NCBI GenBank assembly: GCA_964187785.1
Contig: OZ076409.1
Location: 65,722,001-65,786,000, forward strand
Source of the DNA: Amphiscolops sp. MND2022
Lineage: Eukaryota
Length of the DNA: 64,000 nt
Direction of reading: 5' to 3'
Positions 22,911 to 31,835 of the stretch are shown in pieces; the stretch's first letter is position 1, and every line of letters begins with the position of its first letter. The translations under genes were made by a program, and so were the position numbers. The notes under the pieces are model-generated. The model worked only from the letters and a program-made list of their open reading frames with translations, ran no database searches and was not told the DNA's origin.

Positions 22911-23340
22911 ATTACCAGAAATTTCGTCGTCAGAAATTTCGTCCGCAGAAATTTCGTAGTCCCAAATTTCGTCGCCAAAAACTACGCCGCCAGAAATTTC
23001 GTCGTCAGTAATTACGTTTTATGAAATTTTGTGGCATTTTAGGTTGTCTTTTAGGAATTGAAAGTCTTCTTATTGCCTCTCAGTGAGTCTACTTATCTGA
23101 ATAATTATCGTTAATTGAGCAATAGTTTCTATCATTGAATACCATTATTTCTATTTCGAAAAAAATTTCAAACATAATTTTAACTATTCAAAGAATTTTT
23201 TTGCACCAGGCGTTTTTTACATATATTACACGCATATTGACACTTTTCTGTGCACTTTTCTGTGAAAATTTTCTTGTATGTATGTTGGTAATTCTAATCA
23301 ATACGACGGAATTTCTGACGGCGAGATTTCTGGACCTCCC
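22911..23340. mobile_element. MITE-like element with 15-bp AGAAATTTCGTCGTC subrepeats in inverted ends
   Basis: About seven tandem units at 22915-23030 and inverted copies CGACGGAATTTCTGACGGCGAGATTTCTGG at ~23304-23333. Confidence 0.6.
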
Positions 23341-24304
23341 TTATAATCAGTATTATAATCTTTAGTTATAACTTGATGTATCGCTTTAGTACTCTACTCC
23401 AGGGGGAAAATGGAGGAAAATTTATTTCTCAAAAGATATTCCCCTTACGAATTGTGAATTTTGTCAGGACATTAGAAAATTTTAGAAAACTATGCTAGTC
23501 CTAACAGAACACTGGAAAGTTTAATCCTAGAATCTATGATTCCTAACTTTACACAATGCTACCAGGTGCGCTACTGGTTTTTTTCCAGATCTCAGCAAGA
23601 TAAAAACCTCGATTTTTTACTCGAATAATTATTTTAATTACGATTTTCATGTTCAAAATTAATTTCAGAGCGTTTTTTGATGAATAACACTCAATGTGTT
23701 TTAAAATTGGCTGCATTTGCACATCACAAAATTAATTTACTCAAATAGAATCTGCTAAATTAGCTCGTCGTAACTCAACTGCTAAAAATAGTAAGAGTTT
23801 GTTTCTGAAATCAACAAATTCACAAAAATATATATCTTTTTCCTGCACCAAATTTCCGTCCATGTGTAAATGCAACATCAAAAAATACCAAGCAAAATAA
23901 GGGAACAACTCAAGCAAAAATGAAAGCACAAATCTTATTCTTTCGTTTGATCTTACAACAACTGCGTAAGAGAAATAATTTATCGAAAATGTTAGCTTCT
24001 AATTACGAAACGAAACATCTTCAATTAGCGATCAGCTGCTTGAGATACCATTTACGGTTGCCTATGCTATTTTGTATACTCATGTAATCTCTTGTGCTAC
24101 AAAAAGCTACTACTAACGTAGTTTCCTGATTTATATCTGTAAAAATAATGTCAATTTAGAGCAATATGGCAAAGCCTTTGTATAAAAGAATTAGGCCTAC
24201 TAAAACATATTTTGTAAATTTTTGAGCAAACAGAGACCTGTTGAGCATCGGGACATTTCAACATCATGCCCACAGAAATATCCAAATGTTATATACCAAT
24301 TGCA

Positions 24305-25045
24305 AACAAGCTGGGAACGGCCAAAGTCGGCACCCCGCTCAATTAAAAAACAAAGTGTTTTCAATATGCAAAGGCACAGCATTGTGAGCATCCTAATCGA
24401 ATTTACAGTACCAAAAAATACCCGAAGGGATACCCATTGGACTCAAAAACAGCTTTTTCACAAACTGAAAACATCAAAACGAATTTTTCGAAACTGTTTT
24501 TCCGAATTTTTTGCTTCGGAAAAAGTCTTTTAATGCCGGAAGATGAACGTTCAAGCCAAAAACAATTTATGAAACTCCAAGGGGTACACTTTGATCAAAT
24601 GAATTGTTTTCCAGAAAAATTGCACCTAACACAATTTTTGAAAAAAATATTTCGACATTTTCTCTCCTGAAAAAGTCTCACAGTGACAAAAAACCCAATA
24701 TGAGACCCTATTTTTTCGCAAAACGCAATTTAGCGTGCTGGACCACATGCGAGCGTTTTTTTGAAACTTAGGTTCTTCGCCAGCCAAGCCCAATTTACTT
24801 CGGATATCACGTCAAAGTTCGGATATAGCGCAATGCTATTGAACATGCGCCTCCTCCTTAATAAAACGCAATAAAGTTGGGATATAACTTCAAAAAAATG
24901 AATATAGCGCATGGCTAGGACAACCGGTCGTTACCGTTTGAATAACATTTGCTCCTTGTTCTCCGTAAAAGTGGACGGATCAAAACTATTGGAGAAACAA
25001 ACTAGACACCGAGAGTCTTGCTTTTTCTCCGAAAACGCCGAGTAA
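24305..25045 (-). mobile_element. Diverged HINE-like element
   Basis: AACAAGCTGGGAACGGCCAAAGTCGGCACCCCGCTC at one end and TTTTTCTCCGAAAACGCCGAGTAAAA at the other. Confidence 0.55.
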
Positions 25046-26118
25046 AAACAGTGTAAAATTGAGAGAAAGGAGGAAGTTTACTTTTCCGGTTGCTACAGTT
25101 TCTGCCTTTCTATGTCAATGCACGTTTCAGATATTATCTCTCCAACTTAAGCTAAGTTACCATATTTGCAGCGAAGGTGTCAAGCCATGTCCGATTTGGA
25201 ACTGTGGTTTCGAAGTGCCTTCTTTAAAGTCTTAAAGGTTGCTCATTCCATTTCTGATTTCTCCGACATTTGAGTTTTTAGTTTTGACCATTTTCTAAGC
25301 TGGGTACGAAGGATCTGCTGAAATCCCAAAGATCACGAGGTGACTGATTTTTGGTGATACCGAACGGATACAGGTCTAGTGTTCCAAAAACTAAACTATA
25401 ATACTAATAACTCAAAACAATTGTTCTCTAAACAAAAGTTTGCTTAGTAGCTATATTGTTTAATTTCCATATCTCGAGATCCTATCATCGGAATCGGAAA
25501 CATCGAAAAATGAAAAAAACTATGAAAAAACGAAAAAATTGACCTTGCTTGGTTCAATTTAGGCATTTTTTTCCAAATACAGTTCCAATATTTTCCACAA
25601 AATAATGCTAAGGAGCCACAAAATTCATTCTTGAATAAGCATTCAAAAACTGCTGAAGAAGGATCAAAACTGGGAATGTTTCGTCATTTTCGTCCACTTT
25701 GATGCCATTTCGAGGCAATTTTTGTAGCCAGCATTAAAAAGTTGCCACTTTTCTCCGCAAATGCATAAGGTACGGTACGTATATGCGTTTATGATAGTTG
25801 AATTTTGTGTCGGAACCGCTATCATTTGAAGATAAAACTGGAATATGGCCAAGTGCCTCACAAGTGTTTGTATCCAGGGAACCTAACTCTTCAAAAAATA
25901 CTCAGTTTCTGTCAGTAGTAGCAGTCTATGCTGGAATGCTTATCCAATATTCTATTTTGACGAATGAATAGCTTTTAATTCAACTTCTTTTAAAATTTGT
26001 ATTTTAGGGTCTGCCTCTAAGAAAAGTTTTTTCTGGGAGTCCTGTTTGAAGTCTGATTTGAATAATGTTTGTGTATCTCTGCACTGACTGAATATGTGAT
26101 TTCAAGCTTTTTTCCAAA

Positions 26119-26826
26119 TGTAACGTCCGGCTAGCGGCGCACATCTAGGAAGAGGGATAATGCCTAGGATGCTTAAACAGGAGACCGTTGTCTTACTACA
26201 TACCTAGACACTAGTTTTTCATCCCAAAATGGTCTCCATGGGGGACTTTTCTAACGTCTAAGGAGACTCCTCTAATTAGAGCTCCGAGGCAACGCGCCGG
26301 CACTCTCAAAGTCCGGACACGCCCCACAAGCCTGTAAAAACGTATCCTAAGGTTTTAGCGCGTTCCTGCCATCTCCTACATACTTCCGAGGTCCAAAAGG
26401 GTGTTTATCCGAAAATTGTCATTTCAACAGTCATGGGCATGAAATGCCGACCTAGAAGGTCAGGCATGGGAAAAATAGCAAAATACATTAACATAAATCA
26501 ACAAAATCAAGGGGATAAGCCCCGAGTGGGAATGGAGTTACTGTTTGTGGGTTCTCGGGGATCCGATCATGTAGTTCTGGAGTGGCTCTGCTCTCCCAGG
26601 GAGGACACAGCACCGGGTAACGTTCTTTGAATTCTATCCCATGGATCTTCATGTCGTCAGTCGTCTACTTCTTTTTCTTCTTCTGTCTTTCTTCTTGTTC
26701 ACTCGTTCTCTCTTTCTTTTTTATGGGCTTTAAGGACCTGCCAGGTCGGCCATTTTGATTCGCACCTTTTTTGGTTCTTGAACGAATTTTTCAACGAAAA
26801 TTTGGTATTGACTGGTGGACGTTACA
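26119..26826 (-). repeat. Gypsy 3' LTR (708 bp)
   Basis: TGTAACGTCC...GGACGTTACA perfect 10-bp terminal inverted repeat. No differences from 44462-45169 seen by eye. Confidence 0.97.
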
Positions 26827-26840
26827 TCCTCCCCGGGCCG
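26827..26840 (-). promoter_or_regulatory. Polypurine-tract-like plus-strand primer site
   Basis: Minus strand CGGCCCGGGGAGGA immediately before the TGTAAC of the 3' LTR. Confidence 0.65.
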
Positions 26841-27410
26841 TAGTTTGTCGTCCTCGGCAAACGAGAGGATGCTCGCACCCAAAGGGTACTCTGAGGTCCA
26901 CAGAAAAGGTCTTATGTCAAAGTTACGTTGATATCACACTATTATTCTTTTCGCCTCACTACTACATGTCTAGCACCTTAAAGCCATCGAATTCAAAAAG
27001 CACTGATTTTTAAATTAAAAATTTTGCAGTCGGATTCTTTCTTTAAAAGGTTTTTTCACTAACTACTCAGTTCAAGTTAAAATTTCTTTTTCTAAAATAG
27101 GGCCCCTGCGCGGCCAGATGAGTAATAACAACTTTTGGGCTTGGTAGAAGTTTCCAATTCAAATCAAAACGGGAGGGCACCGAGCCGGGACCCACCCAGA
27201 GGATGTAACTATATTGCATTGTTACAATGGTAGCAAAGTATAATATACATCAAACAAAACTCAGGAATTAAGGTTTATTGCACTGAAAGTTTTCAGCACC
27301 AGTAAGATGGTATAGCACAACTAAAATCAAGAATTGGCATTAATATATTGACGACAGGGTCCTTTATGCTCAATTATGTTCTAACAGTCTTGAGGGTCCA
27401 GAGGACTCCT

Positions 27411-30400
27411 TTATTCCAGCAGTTGATCCTGTGGGGTTTCTTGGACTGAGGTGTTGCCCATGGCATCCACTGTGTTCTGATACTCTTCGTCTATTGTCAG
27501 CAGATTATTGAGCTCTGACTCTATGTCCGCTGCCTCCAAGTTCGAGATATTGGTTTCCACTTCATCTCTTACAGGAGTGGTGGCGTCAGAGAACGTGAAG
27601 TTATTACCAGTCATAGGTTCCCCTGATGGTGGCATGACGTCTGGCACATCATCTTGTGCTCTTTCCACCAATATTTCATTGGAGTCTTGACTCACGTGGG
27701 GTGTGGGGAAGGCGGTGCGAGAGCTGCCAGAGGCAGCTTCGCTCAAATCGCTAATTCCCGGGATAGCTTCGAGTGATTCCAAGTTCGGCAAACCGTCCGC
27801 TAATTCTTGGTGGCCATATTGGATGAACAGCTGCCTGAACGTTCGTATTCCCCTAGCGTACTCTTCGCCCACTGCTCGAGTACGTTCTCGTTGGAGACCA
27901 TGCAGGCGCACGAATATCTCTAGTGCCATACGCGGATTGCTGGGAACGTCAGTGTTCACGGGCAAATCTTTCTTGCTTGGTTCCTTGGCTACTGTCGGAA
28001 TAGTTGTCGGCAGCTGTTGGAAGGTCTGGTGTATAGCGAGGTCCACGAGCTCCGGCTGGGCCCAACACGTAATGGTATTCAAGATTCTGGCGGTGTGCTC
28101 GCGGGGCTCTGTCCTCGCACAATATATTCTGGAAGTGTCACACGCATAGGGATACAATAACCTAGTAGGTTCTTCTCCTTTTCGACGACCACCCAATCTT
28201 TGGATAATTGTTCTCAAGATACGCAGGACAACTGGCACGTCCCACCCTTCGAATGTCGCCACTGCTCCATTATTTGGATCAATAGGGGTGTGCAGCCAAA
28301 CTACAGGATGGATTTCCATCGGCAAAGGGAGCGAGCTACGTGCTCTCGCCTTGATCAAGGAGAGATAGTTGTGTTCCACTTGTTGGCGGTCTTTGATTAC
28401 GGTATACGCCATGGGAGGTCGCAAGTTGGCAAAGCTGTGTATCACTGATTGATAGGTGGGACCCTGAAGGGGCCCATCAGAGGTCACGAAATGTAGAATC
28501 GAGAGGGAAGGGCTCACTGCTGCCACTCGCAGGGTTTGCGTTGGATAGCGTAGGGCCATGACTGCGCCGAAGATGGGCCAGACTATCGGAGCAATGAGGG
28601 GCATTAGGTCCTCTGTTTCTACGAGCATTAGTGTTGCAACTTGTGTAGGGAACAGGAACCCAGGAAGTTGATTGGGGTCTCGGTTAATAGCTGGGCACTC
28701 ATCCAGAGGATGCATAACGCCCGAGACATTGACCCAGGTGGAATAAATCCACACTAGCAGTGCTTGAACGTTTAAGTCCAGCTGCGTCTTTAATTTCAAG
28801 GAACCCGCTGGGTCTAGGGTTTCAATGAGCGCAGATATCCAACCTCTTTGATTCTGCGAGAAGACTAGGAAGCTGAACAGGGCTGAGCCTCCCTTGTTGA
28901 GCACGAACTTTTGTATGAGGGCCGATGGTCCTCTGTACATCATGGTTAACCCCACGGCCATCAGGTACGCTAGTAGTTCACTAACGGTCGCTCTTTCCAT
29001 GGCCTCCATGTAGAGTCGCATTCGCTGCTCATCTAGGCCGTACTCGGCTTGTACTAAGGAAGGAAGCCAGAAGGGAGAGATGTTGTGGAGAAATACGGGA
29101 AATGTTATACCCAGTCGGTCCGCGACTTGGCCCAAAGGTTCTCGTAGTTGATCGTGCCATGTTTGGTACGTGTGTGTCGGCTCTTGAATATTCTTTTGTA
29201 CAACGTCTCGAGCCAGTATCAACAGCATGGCCAATGTCGGCGATCTTTGCCCAGGTTCAACATCTAATGATATTTGAGCCATGGGGAAGATGGAGGAATT
29301 CTTTCTATCACCCAGAACCGTCTCGGTTTCTTTCATTAGCTTTGTGAGTTCCTTGTGAAACTTGGGTTCGTGTGTTTTTTCGTCTACAGTTGACTCGTCC
29401 CGGCGTTCAAACCAGAGGTTATCCACCAGGTTATTGCGCTCACTTTCGTTTGGGTCGTTTACGATTCTGTCTCCACGTTCATTCAATGATCGGCGAGCCA
29501 TTTCCATCCCGTAGTCGAATGCTGCTGCTTCATCCACTACCATTTGGGAGTTTCCACGGTAACCGACGTATGATTGAAGGGCCTTTGAGACTTCAGCAAT
29601 GAAGGCTGGGTAAGAGGCTTCACAAGGGCGCCAGCTATTATTGCTGATGCGTAAATTGGGGGCCACAATGTAAAAGGCCAGATCTCTTGCGTACGCTGCC
29701 TCCATTACTAGGTATAAGAATTGCTGAAGGGTCCGAGGAAGGTGCATGTAGCCTGGAGGCGACATAAATACCGTTCCAGTGACAGCTTTCCTTCTGCGCA
29801 TAATTTGGGCAATATTCGCCATTGTCTCCACGTAGTTGGTCACTTCGTCGGTGACGAACCCCTCAGTAAATCTTTCGTGGTCTGGTCGGAAAAATTCCAA
29901 GGTCCCTCGCAAAGCGAGGTGATCTATAACATTTGAATATACCAGCAACGGAGGTAATGGGATGGTCTCTGTTCCCGCTTGGGTGAATACTTTGTCGGTC
30001 ACTTCTGCCATTTCGTTCAGTGTTGTACAGGGCATGTTCATTATTCTGACATCCATAAGGGTGTTGTGAGAGTTGAATGAAGACTTCATCGTCGAGTCGA
30101 CGAAGAAGGCTATTCTGGTTTTCTGCAAGAGATCCTTTCCCATGGGCAGGATTGTAATGGGGTCCCTCGCATAGTTTTTTGTTCGCAAGCGGTCTTCGTC
30201 GAAGCGGCCAGGGCGCTGTCGGAGGAAGTTGTCAGGAATACGCATGTATGTCGAGTTCACTCTCTCCAATTCTGCTCGCATGCGATTGAACCATGGGGGG
30301 CATCCATCTTGAGTGAACACTGGTTTCTTGACGGGACGATTGTAGAGTACTCCCACTGTGGCTTTTTCTATTTTCTGCCTTGTGGCGTAGTCCCCAGTTC

Positions 30401-31505
30401 CCGTTGAGGTCTCGAATTTCTGTCGTAGAGGGTCTTCTGGTGGCGTTGTGGTTGGTATTTCCCGCTGCAGACGCAGTGCGTCGCGTGCAGTGATATCCAG
30501 CTGCCGTTTTTCCGAATGTGTTAGGAGTTCGTGTGTTATTCTCGGTCTCCTTGTTTCTGGTTGCGTAGGTGAGGCAGACAAGGGTTGCGGGGCACTGGTC
30601 GAGCTCGATTGTTTGCTTTGCATGGTCGCCTCTCTGGCTCGCTTTCCAGCTTTTATTTTCTCCCGGAGGTCTACCACAGTGTTGGCTGCCTTACTTTCTG
30701 CTTTTTGTTGTTCTCGCTGACGTTCTCGGAATTGTGGGTCCATTTGGAAGCCTACTAGGCTAGCTGGTTCTGAGGCTTGTGGAGGTTCCGAGACTTGAGA
30801 TTCGGTTCTGGAAGACGTCTGAGTTAATTCTTCATATGAATCTTTGAACGTCACCGTTCTCCTGGGCTGTTCTTCGCTCAGGGTAGCACTTGCTGTATTG
30901 TCTACTTGCACCCCTCCCCCCTGAAAGGTAGATGGAGGCATGAAGGTAGAGGATGGGGTGGTCAGTAGGCGAATGCCTTCCGATGCCAGGGGCATGGGCG
31001 GTGTTAGTACTGGGGGTGGCACGATTGGCAAAGTGCAGCTGAACTGCACCGGGTGCGGTGAGGGCAACGGGGTCGTAGTTTGCGTCTGTAATGTCTGTAG
31101 TGCTGACTGTGAAATACGGAGTGATCGTTCTTGATCCATGGGAGGCCTGGTAGGTTCTCCATAGACTACGTGAGAGCGAGGGTCTATGAGGCTATGGGTC
31201 AAGTCATACCCTTGCCAGGTGCCGTCGCGAAAAGTGGCGGAGCGTTCTATCGGGCCGACTCGGCTGGTGATAGTGAAGCTAATATCAGGGTACTCAGCTT
31301 GAGCTTGGGTTTGGGCGATGATCATGGCAAAGCCAGTAATCATTGTAGGTGTCGCTCCGTTTAGAAGGGTGTCTTGGACGAGGGCTAGCTGGTCGACTCG
31401 ACCATCTATCTCGCTCATCATTGGAGGTGGGTCGTTCCTAGTGGATGGTTGGGCACGCGCAGCGTTCTGGGGTGCAGGCAGGCGGTGTCGCGCAGATGGG
31501 TCCAT
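27411..31505 (-). CDS. Env-position accessory protein (1364 aa from first ATG) with central SGNH-like domain
   Basis: Intact ORF between pol and the 3' LTR. Low-complexity P/S/T N-terminus; RIAFFVDST, MNMPCTTL, LLVYSNVID, VFMSPPG, SWRPCEASYPAFIAEVSKAL (about 29575-30120); then a helical/hydrophobic region and an acidic tail. No signal peptide. The ORF is certain; the domain call is by eye. Confidence 0.85.
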   Translation of the reverse strand: MDPSARHRLPAPQNAARAQPSTRNDPPPMMSEIDGRVDQLALVQDTLLNGATPTMITGFAMIIAQTQAQAEYPDISFTITSRVGPIERSATFRDGTWQGYDLTHSLIDPRSHVVYGEPTRPPMDQERSLRISQSALQTLQTQTTTPLPSPHPVQFSCTLPIVPPPVLTPPMPLASEGIRLLTTPSSTFMPPSTFQGGGVQVDNTASATLSEEQPRRTVTFKDSYEELTQTSSRTESQVSEPPQASEPASLVGFQMDPQFRERQREQQKAESKAANTVVDLREKIKAGKRAREATMQSKQSSSTSAPQPLSASPTQPETRRPRITHELLTHSEKRQLDITARDALRLQREIPTTTPPEDPLRQKFETSTGTGDYATRQKIEKATVGVLYNRPVKKPVFTQDGCPPWFNRMRAELERVNSTYMRIPDNFLRQRPGRFDEDRLRTKNYARDPITILPMGKDLLQKTRIAFFVDSTMKSSFNSHNTLMDVRIMNMPCTTLNEMAEVTDKVFTQAGTETIPLPPLLVYSNVIDHLALRGTLEFFRPDHERFTEGFVTDEVTNYVETMANIAQIMRRRKAVTGTVFMSPPGYMHLPRTLQQFLYLVMEAAYARDLAFYIVAPNLRISNNSWRPCEASYPAFIAEVSKALQSYVGYRGNSQMVVDEAAAFDYGMEMARRSLNERGDRIVNDPNESERNNLVDNLWFERRDESTVDEKTHEPKFHKELTKLMKETETVLGDRKNSSIFPMAQISLDVEPGQRSPTLAMLLILARDVVQKNIQEPTHTYQTWHDQLREPLGQVADRLGITFPVFLHNISPFWLPSLVQAEYGLDEQRMRLYMEAMERATVSELLAYLMAVGLTMMYRGPSALIQKFVLNKGGSALFSFLVFSQNQRGWISALIETLDPAGSLKLKTQLDLNVQALLVWIYSTWVNVSGVMHPLDECPAINRDPNQLPGFLFPTQVATLMLVETEDLMPLIAPIVWPIFGAVMALRYPTQTLRVAAVSPSLSILHFVTSDGPLQGPTYQSVIHSFANLRPPMAYTVIKDRQQVEHNYLSLIKARARSSLPLPMEIHPVVWLHTPIDPNNGAVATFEGWDVPVVLRILRTIIQRLGGRRKGEEPTRLLYPYACDTSRIYCARTEPREHTARILNTITCWAQPELVDLAIHQTFQQLPTTIPTVAKEPSKKDLPVNTDVPSNPRMALEIFVRLHGLQRERTRAVGEEYARGIRTFRQLFIQYGHQELADGLPNLESLEAIPGISDLSEAASGSSRTAFPTPHVSQDSNEILVERAQDDVPDVMPPSGEPMTGNNFTFSDATTPVRDEVETNISNLEAADIESELNNLLTIDEEYQNTVDAMGNTSVQETPQDQLLE

Positions 31506-31835
31506 TGGAAACGATAATAAAGGGATGTTTAGCACCGAAGATTGTGATGGCAAGACTGATTTGGCGTGATAAGTATGGGGGCCGCGCAGAGGCGAGGCAA
31601 CAGGACAAAACTGAAAAACAGGTCACAGTTGGAGATAAGACATCACATAGACGGGTGGGCAGTTAAGCTCTTTAGGACGAACACACAAACATAAGGTTAA
31701 AAAGTTACAGTGGTTAGTATTAAAATTTGCGCTTGTCGGCGCGGTTTTGTTAAAATTTTAAAGTGCTTCGAATCAACTACAGGCAGTGCAAAAGGCCAGT
31801 GGCCTGATATGCCAAGTAGAGGGCGAGACGTGCTC

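Noticed and set aside
18172..23340. CRISPR-like arrays suggested by short repeated units
   Set aside because: Units are adjacent without unique spacers, there are no cas genes, and the context is eukaryotic. They are subterminal repeats of MITE-like elements.
27411..31553. Classical envelope glycoprotein
   Set aside because: No N-terminal signal peptide, no clear furin/fusion-peptide unit and no single C-terminal TM anchor visible.
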